Of a DNA stretch of 64,000 nt, positions 18,644 to 28,424 are shown piece after piece. Source of the DNA: Spirochaetia bacterium (GTDB lineage: Bacteria; Spirochaetota; Spirochaetia; DSM-2461); assembly GCA_963666985.2 (NCBI GenBank), contig CAXXIA010000002.1:1440001-1504000 (forward strand), read 5' to 3'. Positions within the stretch are counted from its first letter, which is position 1; the number at the start of each line of letters is the position of its first letter. Under the pieces are notes generated by a model. It did not search any database and was not told the DNA's origin. It saw only the letters and a program-made list of their open reading frames with translations. The translations under genes and the position numbers were made by a program.

Positions 18644-19597
18644 CTACAGCCGATTCAAATCCAACGGCGGAACCTGCTCTTCCAAGGCGGCAGCCCCGCG
18701 AACCTCGTCGGCGCACGAAACCTGGGTGAGAACTTCGGAATCCGGGAACGCCTTTTCAACCCGGCGAATAAACGGATCATCCGCCGGAGTACATTTGTTG
18801 AGAATGAAGTAAGGAATCCGATATCCGAATTTCTCCAATTCCGAATGAATGTCCCGGGATTCCTCCAAAGAAAGTACCGTCGGATTGAGAACCGTGAAAA
18901 TCGTCGTTTGCCGGGAATCTTTGAGCAGAGAGGAAAGCCGGCCGTACCGATCCGTTAAGCCGTTGATCTTCTTCAAAACAGGATCGGTTTCCATAAGGCT
19001 TTCGGTTTTTCCGGTATGGATTTTCGTCACAATCTCTTTCTTGGAAAGAATCATCTCCCTAAAGCCGGAAAGTTCGTGAATCCACAGAAGCGAAACATCG
19101 GGAAGCGAGAGGAATTTCAGCGTCAGCGCCGTCGGAGGCGTATCGAAAATAATAAAATCTTTATCGGCATACCGGCCGATCGTGTCTTCCAGAGCCAAAA
19201 GCACGGCATACTCTTCCAGACCGGGGGAATACTTAAGAGTCTTGAAGTACCGCTGAAGATTAAACGCTTCCTGATACTTGTAAATCTGTTTGAAATCCGA
19301 TTCAACCTGCTTCAGATAAAGCTTAACCCATGCCTCCAGGTCGGTTTCCCGTACAAGAAGATTCTCAATTATTTTCTTGGGTTTTGCCCCGATCTTTTTA
19401 TCAAAAACATCGTGAAGATTATGTGCCGGATCCAGGCTGTCCAGAAAAACCGACTTTCCGGACATGGCCAAATGATATGCGAAAAGCGACGCGTTCGTGG
19501 ATTTGCCCACACCGCCTTTCCCGGTGAAAAAAAGAATCCTGGGAGTCCTTCGAATCGGTGAATCGGACACGGCCGAATCGGTTTGACGCCTTGCCAT
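18644..19597 (-). CDS. Single-domain ArsA/Get3-family ATPase
   Basis: GKGGVGKS, SLDPAHNL, SPGLEEYA, DTPPT, LNP...E and NK motifs. Confidence 0.9.
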   Translation of the reverse strand: MARRQTDSAVSDSPIRRTPRILFFTGKGGVGKSTNASLFAYHLAMSGKSVFLDSLDPAHNLHDVFDKKIGAKPKKIIENLLVRETDLEAWVKLYLKQVESDFKQIYKYQEAFNLQRYFKTLKYSPGLEEYAVLLALEDTIGRYADKDFIIFDTPPTALTLKFLSLPDVSLLWIHELSGFREMILSKKEIVTKIHTGKTESLMETDPVLKKINGLTDRYGRLSSLLKDSRQTTIFTVLNPTVLSLEESRDIHSELEKFGYRIPYFILNKCTPADDPFIRRVEKAFPDSEVLTQVSCADEVRGAAALEEQVPPLDLNRL

Positions 19598-19887
19598 CAG
19601 AACTCCCCAAGCGTTTCAGCCAGTTCTCCGAGAGGATCGTGAGCGGTCTGAATTTTCTCAAACATGATTGATAATTCGTGTTCCATATACGGCATCAGCT
19701 GCAGGGTTATATGCGCCGGAGGAGACGGCAGCCCGATAAAAGATCCGAAAAGAAGAAGAGCGAAAATATTTTCCAGTTCGGAAATCTCATACTCCAGAAT
19801 CCCCGTGGCTTTTGCGGCATTTACGGATTTCGCGTCCTCTAGAAAAACACGGAGGTTCCGCACTATGGAAGCAAAGCATTTGTTCAC
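19597..19887 (-). CDS. Small CstA/ArsA-associated protein (about 96 aa)
   Basis: ELENIFALLLFGSFIGLPSPP...LMPY motif. GTG start at 19887; its stop overlaps the ArsA ATG. Confidence 0.75.
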   Translation of the reverse strand: MNKCFASIVRNLRVFLEDAKSVNAAKATGILEYEISELENIFALLLFGSFIGLPSPPAHITLQLMPYMEHELSIMFEKIQTAHDPLGELAETLGEF

Positions 19888-19898
19888 CTGTATCAGCC

Positions 19899-20360
19899 CT
19901 ATTCCCGTTCGGAAAAAACGCAGCCGTAGGCTTTCAGTTCTCCCGCGTTTTTCTTCTCCGAAGGCAGAATCGAATAAAGTCCGTAGAGCGCGCAGAGAAC
20001 CGAACCATAAAGAAACAGATTGGAAAGAACGAAAACGCAAGCCATGCCGGCCGCGGCGCCGCCCGCGCCGATAACGGCCGCCTGCCTTTTTTGATGTATC
20101 AGATAATCCTCCGCTTTCAATGGAGGATTCGCGATGGCCGCATTATGAAATCGAACACGAAGGAAAATGGGCAGAGCCACATTCAAAAGAACGGATGATA
20201 AAAAAACCGCGGCTCCGACCGGCCGGAGGAAAGCCTCGCTCAGAATGGAGGCCGGATTGTTCCGATGCAGAACCCACCCGGCGGCCAGAAGCACGGCAAA
20301 CGGAACACAGGCGAATATAAAGTACTTCCAAAGACTTTTAACGAGACTTTTCATGAACAT
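19899..20360 (-). CDS. Small integral membrane protein (about 4 TM)
   Basis: Several hydrophobic segments; sits within the cstA gene string. Confidence 0.7.
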   Translation of the reverse strand: MFMKSLVKSLWKYFIFACVPFAVLLAAGWVLHRNNPASILSEAFLRPVGAAVFLSSVLLNVALPIFLRVRFHNAAIANPPLKAEDYLIHQKRQAAVIGAGGAAAGMACVFVLSNLFLYGSVLCALYGLYSILPSEKKNAGELKAYGCVFSERE

Positions 20361-20385
20361 TCCTTATCCCCATGAGCCCTTTCAA

Positions 20386-20416
20386 ACAAAAATGGGGCCG
20401 CCGCAGACGACCCCAT
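20386..20416 (-). terminator. Hairpin/terminator after cstA
   Basis: ATGGGGTCG-loop-CGGCCCCAT followed by TTTTGTTT on the minus strand. Confidence 0.6.
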
Positions 20417-20463
20417 AGTATTACATAAAAATGTTAAGAACGGTAAAGAGTCGTTTGCGGCTC

Positions 20464-22176
20464 TTATTCCGCCTTAATTTTGAAAAAGTTGCCGGCTCCT
20501 TCGATAACAATCCAAACGGCAAAAACGATAATTATGCCGTTGATGATGTAAAGAAGTCCGTTCCCCGCCGCGATGAAATTCTTTTCATTTACAATCAGGG
20601 CCCAGATGGTCATGAAGCTCATGAAAACAGCCGGAATACCGGTAAAGAGCCACTTCAGTCCGCCCTTCTTTTTCAAATAAGAAGAAATCGTAATCAGCGC
20701 CAGAGCCGCGAGTGCCTGGTTCACCGCGCCGAACAGAGGCCACAGCTTCATGGCGCCCGCTCCGGTCGGACCGGTGGCGAAGGCAAGAATAAGGGCCGAA
20801 ACCACGGCAATGGCTGTGGCGATCCATTTGTTCTGCAGGAACTTCGCCTTGAGGTCGCTGCCGAGCTCTTGAATAACATAGCGCTGCAGACGGGTCGCCG
20901 TATCCAGAGTTGTTCCCGCGAAGGACGCGATGAAAACGCCCATGATGACGATGGCGATCTGCTTGGGAATACCGAGAACCGCGATCATGTTGGCGGAACC
21001 GACGACAAAGGCGGCGATCTTCGATCCCAAACCGGCCGCGGCGGCCCAAGAGGCATAATGGGTGGTCCAAGCGGCGGCGCCAAAGAGTTCGGCACCTTCT
21101 TTCGGCTGATATCCCATGCCGATACCGGCGGCAACAGCGATGATAACCAAAACGGCCAGCATGCCTTCCATAATCATGGAGCCGTAACCGACCGCAATCG
21201 CGTCTTCTTCCTGAGCAACCTGCTTCGCGGAAGTTCCCGAGGACACCAGGGAGTGGAAGCCCGAGATGGCGCCGCAGGCGATGGTGATGAACAGGAATGG
21301 CCACAGGGAAGGAGATCCCTCGGGGTGAGCCTGAACCGCCGGAGCAACGACTTTCAGTCCGCCGAACAATCCTGAAGCGAGAATGCCGAGCACCAGCAGA
21401 ATCATCGCAACCATCAGCTGCCAGGCATTAATATAGTCGCGCGGCTGCAGCAGAGTTGTTACGGGCAGAGTTGAAGCGATATAGGCGTAAATCAGAAGAA
21501 TAATGCTCCAAACGCCGGTGGCGGGAATTCCCGCGATCGTCGGCATGGCCAGAGGCAGGAAATGCCCGATAACCACGGTAATGTACATCAAGACAACGGC
21601 AATGATGGTAGCAAGATTAATCTTGGCGCCTTTCTTATAGATGGCCCAGCCCAGAACGATGGCAATGGGAATCTCACACCAAACCGGGAAGACGGCCTGG
21701 GGATAAATGTTGAAAACAATGGCGATGATCAGACCGAAAATGGCGATAACGATCCACAATTCCAAAAGCACAACGATGAAAAACAAAGTCCGGGCGCGTT
21801 TGTTGATGTACTGCGAAGTAGCTTCGGAAATGGATTTCCCCTGATTCCTCATGGAAACAACAAGAGCGCCGAAATCGTGAACGGCTCCCATAACGATTGT
21901 TCCCACCAGAACCCAAATCAAAGCCGGAACCCAGCCCCAGATAATACCGATGGCCGGACCGACAATCGGTCCCGTTCCCGCAATCGATGTAAAATGATGA
22001 CCGAAGATAATCCCTTTTTTCGTTGGGACGAAATCCTGTCCATCGTTTACGGCAGCGGCCGGTGTTTTAGTCGCGTTACTCAAATTGAAAATCTTCCGGC
22101 CCAAGAATTTACCGTAAAGACGATAGGCCAGAAGATAACCGACAAAGGAGATAACCATGATTAGTACAGCACCCAT
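20464..22176 (-). CDS. cstA: Carbon starvation protein A family transporter
   Basis: GHHFTSIAGTGPIVGP, LLQPRDY, FITIACGAISGFH, TTLDTATRL, LWPLFGAVNQ. Confidence 0.95.
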   Translation of the reverse strand: MGAVLIMVISFVGYLLAYRLYGKFLGRKIFNLSNATKTPAAAVNDGQDFVPTKKGIIFGHHFTSIAGTGPIVGPAIGIIWGWVPALIWVLVGTIVMGAVHDFGALVVSMRNQGKSISEATSQYINKRARTLFFIVVLLELWIVIAIFGLIIAIVFNIYPQAVFPVWCEIPIAIVLGWAIYKKGAKINLATIIAVVLMYITVVIGHFLPLAMPTIAGIPATGVWSIILLIYAYIASTLPVTTLLQPRDYINAWQLMVAMILLVLGILASGLFGGLKVVAPAVQAHPEGSPSLWPFLFITIACGAISGFHSLVSSGTSAKQVAQEEDAIAVGYGSMIMEGMLAVLVIIAVAAGIGMGYQPKEGAELFGAAAWTTHYASWAAAAGLGSKIAAFVVGSANMIAVLGIPKQIAIVIMGVFIASFAGTTLDTATRLQRYVIQELGSDLKAKFLQNKWIATAIAVVSALILAFATGPTGAGAMKLWPLFGAVNQALAALALITISSYLKKKGGLKWLFTGIPAVFMSFMTIWALIVNEKNFIAAGNGLLYIINGIIIVFAVWIVIEGAGNFFKIKAE

Positions 22177-22246
22177 TGAATGCCTCCCTTTCCAGATTCA
22201 ACGGATCATTATTGAGTAACTTATCAGTTGTCGTCAACGAATATTC

Positions 22247-24712
22247 TTATTTTCTCAGCGGATAACCGGCCTTTTCCAAAGCGGTGATAACCTTTCCCTC
22301 GGCTTCTTTGAGAAATTCCGCGTCCAAGGTTTTCTCCGGATCCCTGAATTCCAAACGCAGCGTAACGGCTTTGCCTTCGGAGCCCAAATCGAAAACATCC
22401 AGAACACCCGCCGAGCGAATCTCCTTCATCCGCAGCTTTTCAACCGCGGCCACGGCATCGGCCGCGTAAGCATCGGAGCTCATCACAACCGTTACATCGA
22501 ACTCGGATCCGGGAAAGCGGTCCAGAGACCGGAAGTCGGTTCTGTCTTTCACCTGAAGAGACATCACATCGGTAAAATCCAAAACGGCAACGGCCGTCCG
22601 GCCTTTGATTTTGAACGCACGGCCGACTTGCGGATGCAGAGAGAAAACGATGCCCCGGGATTTTCCCATAATCTGTACATCAAGGAACTCGCTGGGGTGG
22701 CTGCCCGCCCAGGACGCGGGCAGCAGGGAATGTTTTTTTGCCGGATTCGCGGGAACAAGCCGGCCGGGAAAGCCGACATAAGACAAAAGACCCTCAACGG
22801 TATCCGCCAATTCAACGATTGGGTTGGTGCCGGCCTGAAAAACAATCCCGATCTGATGAAGATCGGCGGAAAAATCATCACCGCCCTTTTCCGCATAGGA
22901 GCGGCCGCACTCGAAAATTCGGAAAGCCTCATGCTCTTTCCGATTGTCGGCGGCCGCCTGGAGCAGAGAAGGAATCAAGCTGGGACGCATCCGGTCGTGG
23001 TCGGGAGTCAGGGCGTTCGCCAGAACCAGATTCTCATTTAGAACCGGCCATTCGGCTTTTTTCAGCAAAGCTTCACCGACCAGAGGGTAGGTCATCACTT
23101 CCAAACAGCGCCCGCGAAGCACCAGGAAATCCTGTACGGCACGGAAGAGAATCTTCGCGGGCGAAAGGCGAAGAGCTTCAATGTCGTGTGCCGGACTTCC
23201 CGGAGTAATATTGTCGTATCCGATGATGCGGCCGATTTCCTCGACGATATCGGCTTCGCATTCCACATCCTTGGTGCTTCGCCATGTCGGCACATGAACC
23301 TTATGAGTTCGGCCCCGGCCGTCGGAACCCGCCTGGGCTCCCCGGATGGCCTCAACCCGGAAGCCCAGGGTTTCAAGGATGCTTCTCATCCTCTCGGCGG
23401 GAACATCCTCGCCGAGAACGGCGGCAATCCTCGCCGGGGAGGTTTCAATCACCAAGTCAACAGGATCGCTCATATTGTCCGACTGGATTCCGCCCACGGC
23501 CTTCGCGTCGGGATTCATCTCCATCACCAGCTCGTATATCCGCAAGAGGGCCTTCTCCAGCTGCTCGGAATCCAGACTCTTTTCATAGCGCTGGGAGGCA
23601 TCGGTCCGCAGCCCCAGCCGCGTGCCGGTCCGCCGCACTTCGGCGTCCACCCAGTTGGCCACCTCAATCATAAGTTCGGAGGTGTCGTCGGCCACCGAAG
23701 AATCAAGGCCTCCCATCACACCGGCGATTCCCGATGCCCGCTCCCCGTCGCAGACCATGGTGTCGGTGGGAAGCATGGTTCGCTTCTGTTCGTCCAGCGT
23801 AACGAACTCGGTATCATCCCCGGCCCTGCGAACAATGATTTTTCCGCCCTTAACGGTTTTGCGGTCGTAAATATGGTTCGGCATGCCGGTTTCCAGCATG
23901 ACGTAGTTGGAAATATCGACAATGGAATTGATGGGGCGCATGCCCGCCACCGTCAGGCGGCGCTGCATCCAGGCCGGACTTTCACCGATTCTCACGCCGT
24001 CCATGGACAGTCCCAGAAATCCCTTGTTGGCCGTATCGGGATGCACATGAATGGTTACCGGAGCCTCTCCCCCGTCCGCGGCGATCCGGGAGCGCAGGCC
24101 TTCGGCCCAATCCTCATCGAACCGGTCCTTGTACGGCCGCTCGAACACCGCGGCGAATTCCCGGGCCAGCCCGTAATGCCCCCAGCAGTCGGGCCTGTGC
24201 GTCAGAGACTTGTTGTCCACATCCAGAATCAAATCGTTCACCGCAGCCTCGCCCAGGGCCTCGGCCAAAGTGGCGCCCACCGGAGCATCGGCGGGAAGCT
24301 CCATCAAACCCTCGTGATTATCCGAAAGACCCAGTTCGTCCTCGGCGCAGAGCATCCCCTCGGAGAGAATCCCCCGAATCTTCTTCGGCTCCAAAGTGAA
24401 GCCGATGGGCAGAGTCGTCCCGATGGCGGCGTATGGAACCTTAATTCCCGGTCGGCAGTTCGGCGCCCCGCAGACAACCGTCGCCTGTTTGCCCCCGCCC
24501 AAATTCACGGTAGCCAGTTTGAGTTTATCCGCGTCCGGATGCGGTTCGGACGCCATGACTTCGGCAACACTCACCTTATTCAGAACGGACCCCGTGCGTT
24601 CATATCCCTCAACCTCGCAGACGCCCAGCGTGATGCGCTCGGTAAGCTCCTTATCGGAAATCCCCTCGGGGAGATCGACAAAATCGGAAATCCAATCAAC
24701 TGATATTTTCAT
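22247..24712 (-). CDS. pheT: Phenylalanyl-tRNA synthetase beta subunit
   Basis: HPDADKL, VVCGAPN, SEGMLC, HRPDCW, INSIVDISNY, EEIGRIIGY, and an FDX-like anticodon-binding C-terminus. Confidence 0.96.
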   Translation of the reverse strand: MKISVDWISDFVDLPEGISDKELTERITLGVCEVEGYERTGSVLNKVSVAEVMASEPHPDADKLKLATVNLGGGKQATVVCGAPNCRPGIKVPYAAIGTTLPIGFTLEPKKIRGILSEGMLCAEDELGLSDNHEGLMELPADAPVGATLAEALGEAAVNDLILDVDNKSLTHRPDCWGHYGLAREFAAVFERPYKDRFDEDWAEGLRSRIAADGGEAPVTIHVHPDTANKGFLGLSMDGVRIGESPAWMQRRLTVAGMRPINSIVDISNYVMLETGMPNHIYDRKTVKGGKIIVRRAGDDTEFVTLDEQKRTMLPTDTMVCDGERASGIAGVMGGLDSSVADDTSELMIEVANWVDAEVRRTGTRLGLRTDASQRYEKSLDSEQLEKALLRIYELVMEMNPDAKAVGGIQSDNMSDPVDLVIETSPARIAAVLGEDVPAERMRSILETLGFRVEAIRGAQAGSDGRGRTHKVHVPTWRSTKDVECEADIVEEIGRIIGYDNITPGSPAHDIEALRLSPAKILFRAVQDFLVLRGRCLEVMTYPLVGEALLKKAEWPVLNENLVLANALTPDHDRMRPSLIPSLLQAAADNRKEHEAFRIFECGRSYAEKGGDDFSADLHQIGIVFQAGTNPIVELADTVEGLLSYVGFPGRLVPANPAKKHSLLPASWAGSHPSEFLDVQIMGKSRGIVFSLHPQVGRAFKIKGRTAVAVLDFTDVMSLQVKDRTDFRSLDRFPGSEFDVTVVMSSDAYAADAVAAVEKLRMKEIRSAGVLDVFDLGSEGKAVTLRLEFRDPEKTLDAEFLKEAEGKVITALEKAGYPLRK

Positions 24713-24896
24713 TACGTATTATCTCCATGTTTTATTCCGTGCGGCGCGCGGACATATACGGAATCCTGCTCACCGCGACAGCCGTAGGATTCATCCCGGT
24801 CCGGCGCTTCATCGCCGTATTCCGCGGCACTTCCGCCGTGCCGAATCGCAACCCAAATGCGCCTTGTCGCGCCCCATCCAATCCCGAAACCCTCAC

Positions 24897-25943
24897 TCAG
24901 CAGCAGGCGAACTGCCGGCTGAAATCCACATTCCCGCCGTGCAGATGGCGGATATCGTCGATGTGATAGCGCATCATCACCAGCCGGTCCAGGCCCAGAC
25001 CGAACGCGAAACCGTTGTACACCTCGGGATCAATCCCGCCGGCCCTCAAAACATTCGGATGGGTCATGCCGCAGGGCAGCAGCTCCACCCAGCCGGTCTG
25101 CTTGCACACCGAACATCCCTTGCCTCCGCAAATAAGACAGTTGATGTCCAGCTCGAATCCCGGCTCCACGAAGGGGAAGAACCCCGGCCGCAGCCGAATC
25201 TTCACTTCCCGTTTGAAAATCTCCGAAAGAAGAACCTTCTCAAAATAAATCAGATGGGCCACGGTAATGTCCTTCCCGATGAGCATGCCCTCCATCTGAT
25301 GGAACACCGCCTCATGGGAAGCGTCGGTGGCTTCCGATCGGAACACCTTGCCGGGTCCCACGAACTTGAACGGAGGCGTCTTCTTCTCCTCCATCCCCCG
25401 AATCTGAATGGTGGACGTATGAGTGCGCAGGAGATGCTTCATGTCCTTAAACCAGAACGTATCCTGCATATCGCGGGCCGGATGAGTTTCGGGAATGTTC
25501 AGCGCGGTGAAATTATGCCACTCGTCCTCGATGTGAGGACCGTCCAGGATGTCGAAACCCATGGAAAGAAAAATGTCCTCCAGTTCCCGCTGGACGATCG
25601 TAACCGGATGAAGCCCGGATTCCTTCACCGACTCGGCCCGCAGGGAACGGCGCAGTGTAATATCCGTCCAGTCCGCGGCGAGCTTCGCGTTAATCGCCTC
25701 GCGTTCCATGCCGGCGCGGGCCTCTTCGATCTTCTCCGTAAGACGGCCTTTGAGTTCGTTGGCCGCCTGACCCAGCGTTTTCCGCTCTTCCGGCCCGGCA
25801 TCTTTCAGCGACCCCAAAATCGCGCTCAGCTCACCCTTCTTTCCCAAAAAGCGCGCCTTCAAATCCGCCAAAGCCGCCTCAGTCTTCACCGAACCGAGCG
25901 CCTCCCGGAACGTTTTTTCCAAGACCTTCAATTTCTCAATCAT
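24897..25943 (-). CDS. pheS: Phenylalanyl-tRNA synthetase alpha subunit
   Basis: HPARDMQDTF, LLRTHTS, FHQMEG, FPFVEP, GFAFGLGLDRL. Confidence 0.97.
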   Translation of the reverse strand: MIEKLKVLEKTFREALGSVKTEAALADLKARFLGKKGELSAILGSLKDAGPEERKTLGQAANELKGRLTEKIEEARAGMEREAINAKLAADWTDITLRRSLRAESVKESGLHPVTIVQRELEDIFLSMGFDILDGPHIEDEWHNFTALNIPETHPARDMQDTFWFKDMKHLLRTHTSTIQIRGMEEKKTPPFKFVGPGKVFRSEATDASHEAVFHQMEGMLIGKDITVAHLIYFEKVLLSEIFKREVKIRLRPGFFPFVEPGFELDINCLICGGKGCSVCKQTGWVELLPCGMTHPNVLRAGGIDPEVYNGFAFGLGLDRLVMMRYHIDDIRHLHGGNVDFSRQFACC

Positions 25944-26244
25944 CGATTATCCCCACTCGCCGCCCGTTACGGCGTTTTCTTTTTTATTCTGCTGATCCCG
26001 GCGGCGCTTCGCCGGTCCGCTTTCACCCGGAAAGACAATTCCGCCCACTCCGGCAATCCGATCCCATTCACCGGCGGATTCCTCTCCACCTCATTCCCGG
26101 ACTCAGCGCCGCCTCTTCGAAGCCGCCGCTCCAAGCCGTTCGCAAAACCAAAGCCCGGGTTCCGCCGATACCGGCCCCATTCCCGCAGGAAGCCTCCCCG
26201 CGATTTCAACGCCCGCGGGGAATCCCCCCGCGAAGCCCCGAAAC

Positions 26245-26271
26245 AAAAAAGGCCCTCCTTCCGGAGGGCCT
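26245..26271 (-). terminator. Attenuator terminator in the pheST leader
   Basis: AGGCCCTCC-GGAA-GGAGGGCCT followed by TTTTT, upstream of pheS on the same strand. Confidence 0.85.
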
Positions 26272-26290
26272 GTCTCTTCGTTCGTGTTCA

Positions 26291-26374
26291 TCACGACCGC
26301 GCGGCGCATCCTCCGGTTTTCACACCGGTAAAAAAAGAGGCGCTAAAAAGCGAATACACGCATCCGACGGTCAT
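26291..26374 (-). CDS. Putative Phe-containing leader peptide of pheST (pheM-like, 27 aa)
   Basis: MTVGCVYSLFSASFFTGVKTGGCAARS*, with three TTT codons, located between a promoter and the terminator. Confidence 0.65.
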   Translation of the reverse strand: MTVGCVYSLFSASFFTGVKTGGCAARS

Positions 26375-26380
26375 GGCCGC

Positions 26381-26409
26381 ATTATCCCCGCTGGCCTTCT
26401 CCGGGTCAA
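26381..26409 (-). promoter_or_regulatory. Sigma70-like promoter of the pheST leader
   Basis: TTGACC-17 nt-GATAAT, ending 6 nt before the leader ATG. Confidence 0.65.
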
Positions 26410-26509
26410 GATGCCGCATAATCAGTTTATTTAACGACGCCGAACGAACCGGCGGGAACTCTCCGCGGGGAACGGAGAGCCGCTCTCCGGCGCTCCATTC
26501 CCGTCTTAC

Positions 26510-26548
26510 TACTTTGATGGTCAAGATACTTGATAGTCGTACTATAAT
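26510..26548 (+). promoter_or_regulatory. Candidate operator and -10 box for the P-type ATPase/MarR operon
   Basis: Imperfect inverted repeat TACTTTGA-TGG-TCAAGATA, a second weaker copy, then TATAAT. Confidence 0.45.
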
Positions 26549-26591
26549 TTTTTATGATGGGCTTCATTCCCATGAATCCGGAGCTTAAAAA

Positions 26592-28424
26592 ATGATAGGA
26601 CGCTTCGCCGATGCGGCCGTATACAAAGAAATCCTTCAATCCAAAGACTTCCTGCGCGTCGGCTTTGGAACCGTGCTCATCCCCATGGCGCTCATACTGA
26701 AAACGGTACTGCCCGATTTCTTCTTTCTCGGACTCTCATCGATCCTGCTGCTCGCCTCAATAAGCCTGAACGGTTTGCCGATCGTCATCGATGCCGTCAA
26801 AGGACTTATCCGGAAAAAATTGAACGTCGACGAATTGGTGTCTCTGGCGATCCTCGCCTGCCTAATCAGCGGTTTTTACCTGGAAGGTTCCATTGTATCG
26901 GCCATTATGGTTATCGGTACGCTTGTGGAGGAAGCGGTTACAAACGTATCCAGACGCTCCATCGAGAAGCTGATCTCATCGGCACCCGAAGAAGCGATCG
27001 TTGAAGAAAACGGACGGGAACGAACGATTCCGGTAAAAGACTTAAAAATCGATGATGTCGTTCTTATCAAGGCCGGCGAAATCGTCCCGGTGGACGGAGT
27101 AATCCTCAGCGGCTGGGGAAATGTCGACGAATCGGCAATCACCGGCGAAGCCCTTCCGGTATTCCGTCAAGCGGGTGATTCGGTTTCCGCCGGCACGCTG
27201 AACGCCGAAGGATTCCTTCGCCTGCGAAGTCTGCGCATCGGAGAAGATTCCACCATCGGCAGAATCATATCCCTTGTTCGGGAGGCGGAAAACGGGAAGA
27301 TTGAAAGCACCCGCATCGTCGATACATATGCCCGATGGTTCACCCCCGTTATTCTCTCCATCGCCGTAATTGTCTTTCTGATAACCCACGATCCCCGACG
27401 GGCGACGACGGTCCTTATCGTCGGATGCCCCTGCTCCTTCCTTCTGGCCGGACCGGTCGCCGCCGTCGCCGCCATCGGCCGAGCTTCCCGATCCGGCATA
27501 TTGGTTAAAGGCGGCGCCTATTTGGAAGGCGTCGCGCGGGCCGAAACGTTTTTTTTCGATAAAACCGGCACGCTGACAAGCGGGGAGCCGAAACTGGTGA
27601 ACATAACGGCGGAAGAAGGCTTCGGTGAGAATGAAATCCTCACGTTTGCCGGCTCCGTGGAAAAAGGCTCCCTTCATCCGCTGGCCCGCGGCATTTTGAG
27701 CGAATGCGAAAACCGAAAGCTGATTCCGCCCGAAGCCGCGGAGATTCGCACCCTCCCCGGATCGGGAATAATGGGCCGATTGGGTAAGGATGACGTATTC
27801 GTCGGAAAAGCCGATTCGGCCGAATCGAACGCCGATACCGCCGTGACGGTCATGCTGAACGGCCGAAAAATCGGTTCGCTATCATTTCGCGACCTCCCTC
27901 GTCCCGAAGCCGCCGCCGCAATCGGCGCTCTCAAAAAAACGGGCATCGCCCGAATAGGAATCCTCTCGGGAGACCATTCGGGAACCGTTGAAGCCGTCGC
28001 CGAAAAACTGAACATTACCGAGCCGTACTCAAATCTCAAACCCGAGGATAAACTGCAAATTATTGAACGGATCGGTGCAAATTCCTGTGTTTTCGTCGGA
28101 GACGGAATCAACGACGCACCGGCATTAAAAGCCGCGGGCACCGGTATCGCCATGGGACTCCGGGGATCGGACGCCGCTCTGGAAACCGCGGATATCGTTC
28201 TTATCAACGACCGCCTGGAACTTCTGCCCTTCCTGGTTCGGCTCTCCCGCCGCACCGTGAGAACGATACGAACGAATATCGGCATCAGTTTCGGCATCAA
28301 TGCCGTTTCTCTGATGGCGGCCTCCTTAGGCATCCTCACGCCGATTCTGGGAGCAATCACTCATAACATCGGCTCGGTACTGATTGTTTTTCTCTCGGGA
28401 GCCCTGGCTTTTACAAAGGAGTGA
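26592..28424 (+). CDS. Heavy-metal translocating P1B-type ATPase
   Basis: TGEA, CPC, DKTGTLT, HP and GDGINDAP motifs. No N-terminal HMA domain. Confidence 0.93.
   Translation: MIGRFADAAVYKEILQSKDFLRVGFGTVLIPMALILKTVLPDFFFLGLSSILLLASISLNGLPIVIDAVKGLIRKKLNVDELVSLAILACLISGFYLEGSIVSAIMVIGTLVEEAVTNVSRRSIEKLISSAPEEAIVEENGRERTIPVKDLKIDDVVLIKAGEIVPVDGVILSGWGNVDESAITGEALPVFRQAGDSVSAGTLNAEGFLRLRSLRIGEDSTIGRIISLVREAENGKIESTRIVDTYARWFTPVILSIAVIVFLITHDPRRATTVLIVGCPCSFLLAGPVAAVAAIGRASRSGILVKGGAYLEGVARAETFFFDKTGTLTSGEPKLVNITAEEGFGENEILTFAGSVEKGSLHPLARGILSECENRKLIPPEAAEIRTLPGSGIMGRLGKDDVFVGKADSAESNADTAVTVMLNGRKIGSLSFRDLPRPEAAAAIGALKKTGIARIGILSGDHSGTVEAVAEKLNITEPYSNLKPEDKLQIIERIGANSCVFVGDGINDAPALKAAGTGIAMGLRGSDAALETADIVLINDRLELLPFLVRLSRRTVRTIRTNIGISFGINAVSLMAASLGILTPILGAITHNIGSVLIVFLSGALAFTKE

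Noticed and set aside
18644..19597. Arsenic resistance operon
   Set aside because: Single-domain ATPase in a cstA context with no other ars genes.
25944..26420. T-box riboswitch before pheS
   Set aside because: No GGTGGNACCGCG T-box sequence is seen; the leader-peptide model fits better.
23186..26588. Long plus-strand ORFs (505 aa and 730 aa)
   Set aside because: Antisense shadows of pheT/pheS in GC-rich DNA, with no recognisable motifs.
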